From IMG/VR virus record IMGVR_UViG_3300015371_000011, positions 17,480-81,479 of that record: a stretch of DNA of 64,000 bases; one strand, given 5' to 3'. How positions within the stretch are numbered: position 1 is the first letter of the stretch; the number at the start of each line of letters is the position of its first letter. This DNA comes from a virus. Below the pieces are notes generated by a model. The model saw nothing but the letters and a program-made list of their open reading frames with translations. It was not told the origin of the DNA and did no database searches. Position numbers and translations under genes: made by a program. Positions 40,501 to 49,736 of the stretch are shown one piece after another.

Positions 40501-41059
40501 TAGAAAAGGAGATCCCATTGACCTTGATGCAGTCCACATTGGTAATGGTGCCGCAGCCCTCGCCTAATAGCATGCTTAAAACCTGCTGATTGGGATTGGC
40601 CGGGTTGACGTCAATGGCAAGGCTTAGCAGTTGTCCGCCTGAGGCATGCTCGCCGTACACTACAGGTATCGGCCCGCCCGGTGCATAACTCGTTTTTAAT
40701 CCGTCCCAACTGTATGTCGTTGTCTCTTTCGGTGTTTCGAGTTTCGTCGGCTTGGGCCGCATGACCATGCTGACGATGGTGCTGATAAGAGAAATGACGA
40801 GCATAATGACTTGGATAACTGCCAACACAGGGCCGCGTGGCGCAATGTCTATCTCCACCGAGTCGGTCTGCCGTAAAGTCGTGGCTTGCCATTGATCAAT
40901 TTTAATGCTGTTGACCTTTACCTGTGCGACGCACGGCTTGATGCGCTTTAATTCTTCGCGCTGATCGAATAGATAGCCTAGCGTAATGTCGGCAGGCGGT
41001 GCTTGCGTGTGCGCAATGTGTACCTTGCCGTCGATAATATCGCGCACTTCAATAATCAC
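37559..41059 (-). CDS. tail tip/hub protein (lambda gpI+gpJ-like)
   Basis: GGPIPVVYGE, YSGTAL, WTRNPAW..DYMTN..YG, EPGD; follows gpK/gpL-like genes. Confidence 0.85.
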   Translation of the reverse strand: MIIEVRDIIDGKVHIAHTQAPPADITLGYLFDQREELKRIKPCVAQVKVNSIKIDQWQATTLRQTDSVEIDIAPRGPVLAVIQVIMLVISLISTIVSMVMRPKPTKLETPKETTTYSWDGLKTSYAPGGPIPVVYGEHASGGQLLSLAIDVNPANPNQQVLSMLLGEGCGTITNVDCIKVNGISFSNFNNPLPQSAICQAAADRYWIDRPDVAADPWYGSSPAGAYDHYLSYGQYEGAIWHSELCTNDPLNISWDWRTGASSQSAIPGFELSRNTFADGREISSLAITYPTQGNQVSRVQLQVAALQGLGIFRGGTNPRMQTQTVYYRVEYSPQGAGTYTTAEDRAFSGADKGEIWDAPVYNLPSRAAWDFRLTWIGEAQHERSDLAKGDADFAHIWLRNVTEMSDAQVETYSGTALLSVKAIATNQLQGGPPTISAVLRGRNVRAYYNTTTYVTTWTRNPAWGILDYMTNSVYGMGPFIPTSAINIQSFIDFATLCDSQVSNGAGGLEPQHCLDIVMDKKKPHIQWVNDMLGLYRSALIYSQGKFKIITDRGDLPVRQIFHAGNILPGTFQLTIGATDPTPPNQVNLSFPNRMADFNMDTIFVQDSASIYGRNEPIKDVDLSLIGVTRESEAVREGYYQLQRRRQSVREMQFATGIEALAVEPGDMCKVGIVTTGFEMGYGGRVLEGDLFNVVLDREVTVNSGYTYEFYLWHTQSDSPEVRTVATTPPAGAPSIITITVSPSNPFNIQPQNGDRWAIGITSEDLRTCFVKRINFDPQTAKHSLVVQEYVPTVPITPTLVSTITFWDMNAPPAQPLSVKGGITYNIAADGTVAALLNVDVVPAPLEEGGQLGTVASSYVVLSGSHCPVRYSLNGDMFRMNTGSAGPGPGAKGNEGAVRTINYWTGSDHQAFYAPGFQSAIVGFPPYPPNSGDRYTLLHRGGFFDGFDLYRRTIEASADYSFVAPILGTHYEETVMIDSLQADMQYKVVPFNTRGVRNYLGDWEVTISFSGTFVSTGQTVDYLFYEHADSMQLLEPSFVSPGLYPHSYAAITINKSGATVFLQATMDFARNGGPQLALEPVFIANSLSVINSPAGFGLLWGDYLTDYTNRLFMDSISVGNAQKKSYTLAKTLVTTYAPMTIYFTEFGNTVTSVNLVNLHYNATIYSR

Positions 41060-41415
41060 AGTGGACGCCCCACGCCGACAATCCTGTGCTCGTATTTGAT
41101 TAACGGCTCACAAACCACGCCGCCAAACATCGCACCGCAGTGAAGAAAGTCAGAACCGTTGTTACAAACGATGCCAATATGATTGATGATACCCGGCAGG
41201 ATTTCGGCAAACATAACAACATCGTAAGGCTCAAGTTTGGCTGGCGGCGGTTTGTAGATTTTCACATAGCGCGGCCACGCGATGGCCGATGGCGGCGACT
41301 CTGGCAGATCCATACCGCGTTCTTTGTTGAGCACATAGCGTACAAGTGAATAGCAGTCGAAAGATTGCGGCCCGATGGCTTTCTCTGCGTATGGCGTGCC
41401 GACGAGTTCAAGCAT
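41056..41415 (-). CDS. NlpC/P60 tail tip protein (gpK-like)
   Basis: GTPY...FDCYSLV...HIGI...FLH. Confidence 0.85.
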   Translation of the reverse strand: MLELVGTPYAEKAIGPQSFDCYSLVRYVLNKERGMDLPESPPSAIAWPRYVKIYKPPPAKLEPYDVVMFAEILPGIINHIGIVCNNGSDFLHCGAMFGGVVCEPLIKYEHRIVGVGRPL

Positions 41416-41912
41416 TAGAAGACAAAGAATTTTGAAGCATTGTACGGAATGGAAGGAAAGTCTTTTCTATTATAATTTCTGCGGGGTCCCTCGCTGTCAT
41501 AATCAAAATTAAATCCTAGATTGAACCTCGCCACTTCGTCAGTGAACACCACGTTTTTTACCTGCATCCTTATTAAGTCTTCCTGCCCCGATGTTGTGAG
41601 CGACGGATTCACGAGCCGTATCGTCACGTCGTTAAGCGCTAAGTCATTGTCCTTGGCGAAGCGCAGCGCCATGCCTTGAAAGTTAGACACGTCCACCGTC
41701 ATCTGCGGCAGCGAGCCGTCGCCGCTTTGCTCTGAGACGCCGACGAGAAAAGGCACTGCAGCGTAAATCTGGCCATTAAAAGTGAGTGTGTCGGGTAGGT
41801 TAGTAAACCGCGCAGTGGTGTTTGGGTTAATTGTTAAGTCTACACAATGGCACCAAGTTGTCTCTTCCATGGCGTTCTTCAATGCGATCAGGGAACTCGA
41901 AAATGACTTCAA
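41415..41912 (-). CDS. minor tail protein (gpL/DUF1833-like)
   Basis: LTFNGQIYAAVPF...LPQMTVDVSN...PRR.Y...FP. Confidence 0.7.
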   Translation of the reverse strand: MKSFSSSLIALKNAMEETTWCHCVDLTINPNTTARFTNLPDTLTFNGQIYAAVPFLVGVSEQSGDGSLPQMTVDVSNFQGMALRFAKDNDLALNDVTIRLVNPSLTTSGQEDLIRMQVKNVVFTDEVARFNLGFNFDYDSEGPRRNYNRKDFPSIPYNASKFFVF

Positions 41913-41961
41913 TTGAATAATCCTTTGACTAAATAATCGTTGTTATATAAATTCACCCCAT

Positions 41962-42648
41962 ATGCCATTTGCTAAAGGTCTTTACCGCACACCCATAGAA
42001 GAACGATTCAAACGTTTCTGGGATAAGATGGAAAAACCTGATGATGGCTGTTGGATTTGGCCTGGAAGCAAAGCTGCTGGCTACGGTACTATTTTTGTTG
42101 AATATAGAACTAAACATGCCACGATGATGAAGGCACACAGATTGTCTTACATGATTCATGTCGGAGCGATTCCACCCGATAAAGAAATTTGCCACAGTTG
42201 CGATACCCCACCATGCATACGTCCTTCCCATCTTTTTCTTGGTACTCATCAAGACAATATTGCGGATGCCAAGCGGAAAGGTCGCATGGCTCATATCGGT
42301 CAAAATTCTCCACGTGGCGAGAATCATCCAACGAGCAAATTGACACAAAATGCCATCAAAGAAATTCGTGCTACTTATGCCGCTGGTGATACTAGCATGA
42401 GTACTCTCGGTCAACGATTTGGTGTTTCCGCTTCTCTTATTTATCACATTGTACGAAACCATCGTTGGAAAGATGTTATCGCTACCGATGCGAGAATGGT
42501 TAATCGCGCTAGAAGAACCTCCGTAGATATAATGAAAGAAATTCAAGAAAGATATTTGGCTGGCGAAACACCTACCCAATTGGGTAAGATTTATAACCTT
42601 ACTCGTGGCCGTGTTTGGGGTATTGGGCATGGCAGATTTAAAAGTTAG
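41962..42648 (+). CDS. free-standing HNH homing endonuclease
   Basis: CWIW..GYG..AHRLSY..ICHSCDTPPCIRPSHLFLGTHQDN; opposite strand, AT-richer. Confidence 0.9.
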   Translation: MPFAKGLYRTPIEERFKRFWDKMEKPDDGCWIWPGSKAAGYGTIFVEYRTKHATMMKAHRLSYMIHVGAIPPDKEICHSCDTPPCIRPSHLFLGTHQDNIADAKRKGRMAHIGQNSPRGENHPTSKLTQNAIKEIRATYAAGDTSMSTLGQRFGVSASLIYHIVRNHRWKDVIATDARMVNRARRTSVDIMKEIQERYLAGETPTQLGKIYNLTRGRVWGIGHGRFKS

Positions 42649-42650
42649 CT

Positions 42651-43214
42651 TCATGGCACCAGCGCATTCTCCGTCAACGTGAATTGCGTCTTGTAAACAT
42701 TACGCGCAATTTGCTCCATCTTCAGTCCATTCGGATCAAAATTGACAAGATAATTGCACGCCCACTTGGCATATATCTCCTGCCCCGATGACGGTGCCGT
42801 ACCGAAATCCACCTGCCCCCAGGTGCGCAGCGTATAGTCGGTGGTAATGGATGTGACGCCCGTATCGGTTGTGAGCATGCGTGCCGAGAAAGAGCTGGCA
42901 TTCAGGTTTCTATTCGGTAGGTAGTATGCCGTTGAGCGGCCATCGGCCACGCCAATCAGGCAGTAATTCTCTACCGCGCCAAACTCGCCGCCGTTCCAGT
43001 AAAATGGCGTTGCGCCTTGATGATAGGCATGCAGCCCTTGCAACTCCTGCATGTGGCTGCGGCTAATGGCGTCGTAGGTAAGCGTGAATCTATACATCGG
43101 CCTGCGTGCGCGATTACTGAGTTGAAACGCCGTCACGTAGTCGGTAAGCACCGAGAATGTCATGGCTTCGCGCGTAAGCGCGTTTGGCGTGAATGAAAGC
43201 GTGAGCGGTATCAT
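42651..43214 (-). CDS. distal tail (Dit/DUF2460-like) paralog C
   Basis: RP.YRFTL, AYHQG..FYW, ADG...YYLPNR shared with paralogs A and B. Confidence 0.7.
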   Translation of the reverse strand: MIPLTLSFTPNALTREAMTFSVLTDYVTAFQLSNRARRPMYRFTLTYDAISRSHMQELQGLHAYHQGATPFYWNGGEFGAVENYCLIGVADGRSTAYYLPNRNLNASSFSARMLTTDTGVTSITTDYTLRTWGQVDFGTAPSSGQEIYAKWACNYLVNFDPNGLKMEQIARNVYKTQFTLTENALVP

Positions 43215-43435
43215 GGAGCGTCCACCCGCCAATCATAGCGGCCGCCGCCGCTGTCAATCTGTGTGCTGAATCGTATCGTCACGGCATTTGTTGACTTGCT
43301 GTACACCCATACCGTCGTATTCCAGCTAGGCGAAATGCCCGTCACGGCCACGCTGTTAGACGCCAGCGCGTGCGAGAATGAGCTGATGCTGGTGCCACTG
43401 CCGCAGCTTACCGTGCCGAATACCGTGGTTGTCAT
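43211..43435 (-). CDS. small beta-rich tail protein homologous to the C-terminus of paralog B
   Basis: WNTTVWV..S....F.T...SGG..DW vs WNTTWWI..S....FATPANSGGSYFDW. Confidence 0.65.
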   Translation of the reverse strand: MTTTVFGTVSCGSGTSISSFSHALASNSVAVTGISPSWNTTVWVYSKSTNAVTIRFSTQIDSGGGRYDWRVDAP

Positions 43436-44589
43436 GACCCCACGATGCTCCAGTCAAAGTAACTGCCGCCGCTATTGGCAGGCGTGGCGAATGTCACCAC
43501 GTTGAGCGATGCGCTGCGGCTACTGATCCACCATGTCGTATTCCAATACGGGACGCCGGTTATAAATTGGCTTGTTGTCGTCATGTTAACCGTGGTCGTG
43601 CTGGCCGAGCCTGCCACCACGTTTGTACCAAAGGACGTTACGCCCGTGACTGCGGACGATGTAATAACGCGGCTTATCCCTGGCACTGCGCGTGTCCGTG
43701 CGGCTAGTGTCTTGTGCCATAGCGGTACGTGCTCGGTGATGCTCGGCGTCTCTTTGGCTTGCGCACGCAAGGCCATGCGCTGTATTGGCGCATGCGCGGT
43801 CAGTTGCAGTGCGGTGCGCAATCCTACCGCCATGCTTACCCGCACTGTGGTAGCTGGCAAGGTTATAAATGGACTGACATTGGAGACTTCCGCAACATGC
43901 GCCCTTAGTGCCATGCGCTGAATCGGTGCGTGCTCCGTCATGCGTGCCGAGATTTGCGCCCCTGCGTTCAAGGTAATTTGATACCAAGTCGGCCGGCCCA
44001 CCGGGTCCACAATCGCGCCAGGATTCTCGATTAACTGTATTTGTGCGTTGTAAAGGCCAGGGCGAAATTGATCGAGCTTTAGCCCTTCTGGCGGAAAGAA
44101 TACGCGATAGCGACAGCAGTACGCCGCGCGTATGTGGTCGCCGCTGTAAGGCACGGTATCGAATGTCAGCACGCCGCTGGCCGAGGTGAGCGATGCAATG
44201 GCGTGCGTCCATGTAGAGTCGGTATATGAGCCGCCTGAGTAGCGGCGCGTCTTGACGGTATAGCTGGCCGCGTCGATCCAGCGGTTGGGCAAAAAATAGG
44301 TTTTGCGCACACCGTCTGCCTGCGCGATAAAGCATTCGTCTATGAGTCCATATTGCCCGCCATCCCAGTAAAAGGATCGTCCGCCTTGGACATACGCGAA
44401 TAGCGCAGACAACGATTCGGCCTCGTGGCGGAGCAGAGGCCCAATGTCCATACTGAAGCGGTAGCTTGGCCGCGGTGAATAATTGAATGCGTGGAAAAAC
44501 CCCGGCAGGCCCGCTACCGTCGTGCGCGTTACAGCTTCGCGTGTGACCGTGGGAGAAGGCGAAAAAGTTAAGGTGCGGGGTAGAGCCAT
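43432..44589 (-). CDS. Dit-like paralog B with repeat extension
   Basis: same core plus repeated TEHAPIQRMALRA and a terminal beta domain. Confidence 0.7.
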   Translation of the reverse strand: MALPRTLTFSPSPTVTREAVTRTTVAGLPGFFHAFNYSPRPSYRFSMDIGPLLRHEAESLSALFAYVQGGRSFYWDGGQYGLIDECFIAQADGVRKTYFLPNRWIDAASYTVKTRRYSGGSYTDSTWTHAIASLTSASGVLTFDTVPYSGDHIRAAYCCRYRVFFPPEGLKLDQFRPGLYNAQIQLIENPGAIVDPVGRPTWYQITLNAGAQISARMTEHAPIQRMALRAHVAEVSNVSPFITLPATTVRVSMAVGLRTALQLTAHAPIQRMALRAQAKETPSITEHVPLWHKTLAARTRAVPGISRVITSSAVTGVTSFGTNVVAGSASTTTVNMTTTSQFITGVPYWNTTWWISSRSASLNVVTFATPANSGGSYFDWSIVGS

Positions 44590-44745
44590 TCATTCGGGAC
44601 TTTTTTGTGTCTGTATGCGCGTGACAATATTTTCCAATGCCGCTTTTTCTTCCTTTAGCTGCTCCACCTGTGCGGCCAGTGCCATGTTTTCCATCATCAA
44701 TGCGCCGAGCATCTCGCGCACGCGTTCGTCAATACTCTTAGCCAT
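44590..44745 (-). CDS. small coiled-coil protein (fibre chaperone-like)
   Basis: hand translation MAKSIDERVREMLGALMMENMALAAQVEQLKEEK; follows the spike gene. Confidence 0.55.
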   Translation of the reverse strand: MAKSIDERVREMLGALMMENMALAAQVEQLKEEKAALENIVTRIQTQKSPE

Positions 44746-44748
44746 TTT

Positions 44749-45708
44749 TCAATTTGGCACGCGCAACGAACGAAACCCCGTTCCACCCGTATCGGCGCCA
44801 CCGACAAAAACCTGCTGCGCCACAACACCACCACCACCATTGTAAGCTACACGCATGGCTGTATAACCCGACGTCGGGTCAGCCGCATCGACTACGAACA
44901 CATTGTTAGTCGCCGTCGCATTGAAGCACTCAATAAGAGTACCGCTTGGATTGGTGTCCGTCTGACGGTAAATAAAAAGTGTTCGCCCCGTATCAGCCGG
45001 TTGTTTCAATTGCAGCACTCCGTCGCCGTCCAGCTTAAAAGCAGACTGCCCGCCGCTTGTAACAATATTGATATAGTTTCCCCACGGCCCTGTCAGTCTC
45101 AATCCATCGGCATTACCGCCCACGCCGGCCAGGCGTATTGCATAATAGCCCATTGTAATATTATTAGGCGCGACAACACCTACCTGAACATCTATCTGAT
45201 CCACTGCGGCGCTTAGTGAATTGAATTGCGTGGTAACGCCTTCAAGGATACAGTAAAAATAACTGCTCGGTTGATACCCAGCCACGTTTATATCAAACGC
45301 GCTGGCGTCGCCCTTTAATCCTTGGCGCACGTAGATGTTTCCTGCCGTAACCTGCCCTTCGATGTTGGACGTCTCGTAATTGATTTTCTGCGCTGACAGA
45401 AAAAGTGTTGCATCCATTGCATTGGGACCATTACTGCCTGAGCCTGTAGCGCGGTGCGTAATGCCTAGTGCCGCACGCGACTGCCAGCCGTGGCTGCCTG
45501 GGTCATCAACGCCGCTAAAATACACCCGTGTGACGGTATTGGATGTAGGCGAACCGACGGCATCCATGCTCAAAAGTGAGTCTGTGCGAGTATAGATACT
45601 GAGCGGCGATTTAACCGTGCCGCAGGCTGTAAGAGTTACGCCCAAATAATCATTAAGCACCTCGCCCCAGGTATTACCATCGCCAAAGACGGTCGGTAGT
45701 CTACTCAT
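44749..45708 (-). CDS. tail spike/fibre protein
   Basis: N-term RLPTVFGDGNTWGEVLNDYL; C-term GADTGGTGFRSLRVPN. Confidence 0.7.
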   Translation of the reverse strand: MSRLPTVFGDGNTWGEVLNDYLGVTLTACGTVKSPLSIYTRTDSLLSMDAVGSPTSNTVTRVYFSGVDDPGSHGWQSRAALGITHRATGSGSNGPNAMDATLFLSAQKINYETSNIEGQVTAGNIYVRQGLKGDASAFDINVAGYQPSSYFYCILEGVTTQFNSLSAAVDQIDVQVGVVAPNNITMGYYAIRLAGVGGNADGLRLTGPWGNYINIVTSGGQSAFKLDGDGVLQLKQPADTGRTLFIYRQTDTNPSGTLIECFNATATNNVFVVDAADPTSGYTAMRVAYNGGGGVVAQQVFVGGADTGGTGFRSLRVPN

Positions 45709-46487
45709 TTCGAATACAACCCATCACCAAAGAGTCCGCTGCTATAAGTATCACCGCCGCTAGCTGTAATCGTTGTTATCGTAGGCACCTCGCGCACCGT
45801 AGCCCTGAGTGCTATAGGCCATAGCGGTCTGCGCTCCACGATACGCGGCCACGCCGCCACCTGGGCCGCCAACACCACCTGATAGAAAGTCGTGCGTGCC
45901 GCTTCGCTGGCAACTAGTGTCGGGTGCTCGGTTAAAACCAGCTGCGCGTTGTATAGCCCTGGCCCGAATTGCTCCAGCTGTATGCCGTTGGTCGGGAATT
46001 TGACGCGATACATGCAGCCGTACTTGGCGCGCACGAAATCCCCACTGTAAGGCGCACTGCCGAACGTGACCACACCCGACGCGCCGCGCAGCGTGTAGGC
46101 GCCTGCCTGCCACGTCGATGCCGTCTGTGTGGTTGGTCTGTACGTCTGTACCGAGAATGAGCTTTGCCCGATATTGCGGTTGGGTAAAAAGTAATCGCGC
46201 CTCACGCCATCGGCCAGCGCCACAAAGTCGTAGTCCGTCATGCTGCCGAACTGCGCGCCGTCCCATAGAAATGTCTTGCCGCCCTGATGATAGGCGTGCT
46301 GCGCCGATAGGTTCTCCGCTTCGCCGCGCGTGAGCGGCCCCATATCCAAGGTGAATTGATAGAGCGGCCGATTGGTCGGATTGAATAAGTGCTGAAAGCC
46401 CTGCTGCCCCGCGCCCTCGGTAGCGCTGATATTCTCGCGCACCACCGTAGGCGCTGGGCTGAAACTGATTGTGCGGGAAACGGACAT
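45705..46487 (-). CDS. Dit-like paralog A
   Basis: immediately after tape measure; shared core. Confidence 0.72.
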   Translation of the reverse strand: MSVSRTISFSPAPTVVRENISATEGAGQQGFQHLFNPTNRPLYQFTLDMGPLTRGEAENLSAQHAYHQGGKTFLWDGAQFGSMTDYDFVALADGVRRDYFLPNRNIGQSSFSVQTYRPTTQTASTWQAGAYTLRGASGVVTFGSAPYSGDFVRAKYGCMYRVKFPTNGIQLEQFGPGLYNAQLVLTEHPTLVASEAARTTFYQVVLAAQVAAWPRIVERRPLWPIALRATVREVPTITTITASGGDTYSSGLFGDGLYSK

Positions 46488-46493
46488 TCATGT

Positions 46494-49400
46494 TTACCTG
46501 TTGCGCTTAAGCACGTTGACCGTCGCCTTGCTTGTCATGCCGCCTCTGTCCATGTCGTTGTAGACTACCTTTATTACCTGATCTGGAGTCATGCCTGGCT
46601 GTCTGGGCGTTATATCGCCATTCACAACTACGGAAACTGGCTGCTGTTGTTGCATAGTTGCCGTTTGTGTAGCGCCAGCCGTAGCTGTTGCCGCACGTGC
46701 AGGCGCTGCAGTTTGCTGAAATGGCTGCAAGAATGATTGTGGCACGGCATAATTGCTGGTTGAGAATGACGGCGGCGTGTAAGGCGTGACGGTCGGGAAA
46801 CTGGGCGAGCCTGTCGTTGGCATAGAATAAGTAAAATTAGAGCCTGCACTAGCCGCGCCCGCCACCGAGCTAAATATGCCAAGGATGCTGCGAAATATAC
46901 CGAAACCACCACCGCCACCTTCACTGCTAAACATTTTGGTAATCCCCTCAAGCATACTTGATACGAGTTTCGCAAGGCTACCGAAGAAATCACCAAACCC
47001 GCCAGCAGCTTTATCCAGCAAGCCACCTAAGCCTTCGGTTAAGGATTTGTCTATGCTAGTGATGCCCTTTTCGACTGCTTGTGATGTATCGCTAAAAAAC
47101 TGGCCACTCTCCATCAATGGGCCTTCAACCCCCGCGGGCCGTTTGTTTTTGCCGACGCCGAGCAAGTCAAGAATGGCTCCAAATCCACCACCACCGAAAC
47201 CGAATTTGGTAAACATCTCTCCCGTATTCGGCGCATTGGTGGCCCAGTCTTTTAGGATGGCTTCGAACGGTTTGGCGAGCAGCGTGGCGATGGCCGCGCG
47301 CATAAACTCAGCCATCACGGTTTTGCCAAGACTCTCAAACACGTCTCTAAGTTTGGCGTCACTGTTGGATATAAATTGCACGAACGTATCGACAAACGAG
47401 CCAGCCACATCGGTGGCCATCTGCTGGGCTTGCTGATGCAAGTCAGCTGCGAGTTTGCGCCCGCCTATACCAGTGACAGTAAGTGACTTTCTTAACCTTT
47501 CTAACTCCGCTTCGCCTGCCTCTAATTCACCTTGTGTTGCGGCCTCTGTCCCGGTCTTGGCCCGTAATATTTCAAGCTCCAGTTCTTTTTTCTTGATAGC
47601 GTTAAGGACTTGGCTGCGCTCAATGGCATCAATTTGAGTAGTAACGGATAAGATTTCGCCGTAAGGTCTTTGCTGCTCTTTGAGAATATCGAGTTGGTCT
47701 TTGAGCGCATCTAATCGAGCCTGATCTGCTTGGCTGGCGGCCTCAATAAAACCCGTGCGTGACGTGACGCTCCTGGCTATGGCCGCATTTAATCTGTCAC
47801 GGTCTCCTTTGGTGATGGCATCATTGATTGCATCGCGTGTGTCTTTTTCCTTGATGAGTTGGTTCTCGATGTTTTGTAAGTCTATCAGCCGCTGCTTTTC
47901 TAAGTTGCCCGACACCTTTAAGGTTTCAAGACGCGTTTTTTCCGCTTCTAAAGTGGCTACAACTTTGTCCTGCTTGTCGCGCTGAAACTCGAAAATGATA
48001 CTTTCCTGAGCGGCTTGCTCCGCAATGGTTGCGCCTTGGTCTTTCAGTACGCCCAAGCGCCGCTCTTCGGCACTAGCCTGAGCGCCGATTTGCTCAGATA
48101 TGGATTGCTGTAAACTAAGGTTGAGTTTAATGGCCTGCTGCTCGGCGTCGTATGCGGCCTTGCGCTGCTGCAATTGGCTGGCTTGGATTTGCAATGTAGC
48201 CTGAGCCATCAAGGCACCGCGTATGCGCGCTTGTTGGCCGGCATCAAAAGTATTCTGCTCCAGCAACGCTTTCATTTGCTGGTCAACGCTGGCCTTGGCC
48301 GCCGCCGCTATTCCCGCCTGCGTGGCGGCAAACGCGCGCGCCTGCGCGTTAAAGTCGCCTGTGGTCTCAAACAAGAATTGCTCGAAACTCGCCTGAGCGT
48401 CGGCGCGGCCCTTGATAATGTCGGCCTGCACCTTTTCAATAATCCGCCGTGTCTCTTCTTCTTCTTTGCTGAGTGCTGCGGCTGGCGGTGCCGCTTCGTG
48501 CGACGTCGGGCCAGTGTCCACTTCGCCACGTATGGTGAGCGAGCGTCGCTTAGCTAGCAGCTCATCTATTGCGGCCTGAGTCTCTTCGATGTCGCCTTTG
48601 ATACGTGGGTCAATTAGATTTTTAAGCGATTCCTGTTGTTTGGCTTTCAGCGCCGTCAATCGTTCAGTCAATACTTTAATGCGGGCACCAGCGTCATCGA
48701 AATTCTTTCCTGCGTCGATGTTGGCTGATTTCTCGAATTCTTTGTTGAGAATGGCAAAGGCACCTGCGGCTATGAGCGCTACTGTGCCTAAAGCGGCAAG
48801 TGCTGCGGGATTGGCGATCAGTCTGCCGAGAAAGCCTAGCACGCCCGTCATTTGCAGCGCCGCTAATGCAACCAAAACGCCCTTTAATTCATCCAGCGCC
48901 TTGGCTACGTCATAGATGCCTCTAACTAATATGGGATTGGCTTTGACAATCTCGGTGGCGTAATCAACATACTTTGTTAATTGCGGATTGATTGCCTGCA
49001 GCTGCTCAATGATTCCCGCACCAAGTGCCTTGTGAAAATCCTCTATGGCATTATTCAAAACGCGTTGCGTGCGCTGGTAGGTGTCAGTACTCTTGGTGTT
49101 GGCTTCTATGAATGTGGATAAATACTGTTGCAGAGCGGCCTCGCGCTCAACCAGCGGTATATGCTGATTGATGGCGTCAATGCCGCGCATGATTTGCGTA
49201 GTGTTGCCTTGTAGTAGTGCAATCGAGCGGCGTATTGCCGTCCCGAAATCAATATCCGTGACTTTGCTTAATGCGAGCGAGCCTTCGATAACTTTCTTTA
49301 TGCCCTGCTCGTTTAGCTTGGTAAGACTGACTAGTTGTTTCTCGGCGGCCAGGACAGATTCAGATGAGACACCGTTGGCCTTGGCCATCTCCTCGGAGAA

Positions 49401-49736
49401 ATCAATAAGCCTCTGTACGGGTATATTTTTGCCGAGTACCTGAAGCGTGCTGCCAAGAGTCGCGCTTTCCTGTTGAAACTGCCCAGCAAGCGCAATGCCT
49501 TTTTCAAAGTGGGCAAGCGTCGGCTCGAATATCCTGTTGAGTAATTCAAGGCCCTGATTGAGCACCACGACGGCGGCGCCAGCCTTGCTCCATGTGCTGG
49601 TAAGTGCGTCGGTGGCCTCGCTGGTTTTCTTGGTTTGCGACTCAATGCCAGCAAGGCGCTTCTCTATGTCGGCAAGCTGCGATGAAGCCTGATCGACGCT
49701 CTTTATGAGTACTTCTATAAGATTGGATTCGGCCAT
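46494..49736 (-). CDS. tape measure protein
   Basis: 1080 aa, helical and Ala/Gln-rich, IEVLIKSVDQAS N-terminus, follows the chaperones. Confidence 0.88.
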   Translation of the reverse strand: MAESNLIEVLIKSVDQASSQLADIEKRLAGIESQTKKTSEATDALTSTWSKAGAAVVVLNQGLELLNRIFEPTLAHFEKGIALAGQFQQESATLGSTLQVLGKNIPVQRLIDFSEEMAKANGVSSESVLAAEKQLVSLTKLNEQGIKKVIEGSLALSKVTDIDFGTAIRRSIALLQGNTTQIMRGIDAINQHIPLVEREAALQQYLSTFIEANTKSTDTYQRTQRVLNNAIEDFHKALGAGIIEQLQAINPQLTKYVDYATEIVKANPILVRGIYDVAKALDELKGVLVALAALQMTGVLGFLGRLIANPAALAALGTVALIAAGAFAILNKEFEKSANIDAGKNFDDAGARIKVLTERLTALKAKQQESLKNLIDPRIKGDIEETQAAIDELLAKRRSLTIRGEVDTGPTSHEAAPPAAALSKEEEETRRIIEKVQADIIKGRADAQASFEQFLFETTGDFNAQARAFAATQAGIAAAAKASVDQQMKALLEQNTFDAGQQARIRGALMAQATLQIQASQLQQRKAAYDAEQQAIKLNLSLQQSISEQIGAQASAEERRLGVLKDQGATIAEQAAQESIIFEFQRDKQDKVVATLEAEKTRLETLKVSGNLEKQRLIDLQNIENQLIKEKDTRDAINDAITKGDRDRLNAAIARSVTSRTGFIEAASQADQARLDALKDQLDILKEQQRPYGEILSVTTQIDAIERSQVLNAIKKKELELEILRAKTGTEAATQGELEAGEAELERLRKSLTVTGIGGRKLAADLHQQAQQMATDVAGSFVDTFVQFISNSDAKLRDVFESLGKTVMAEFMRAAIATLLAKPFEAILKDWATNAPNTGEMFTKFGFGGGGFGAILDLLGVGKNKRPAGVEGPLMESGQFFSDTSQAVEKGITSIDKSLTEGLGGLLDKAAGGFGDFFGSLAKLVSSMLEGITKMFSSEGGGGGFGIFRSILGIFSSVAGAASAGSNFTYSMPTTGSPSFPTVTPYTPPSFSTSNYAVPQSFLQPFQQTAAPARAATATAGATQTATMQQQQPVSVVVNGDITPRQPGMTPDQVIKVVYNDMDRGGMTSKATVNVLKRNR

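Noticed and set aside
43586-46491. Long same-strand alternate-frame ORFs (335 aa, 243 aa) over Dit paralogs B and A
   Set aside because: Arg-rich and domainless; their starts come from ATGAATG junctions. Best explained by codon bias and paralogy, unlike the nested intein nuclease
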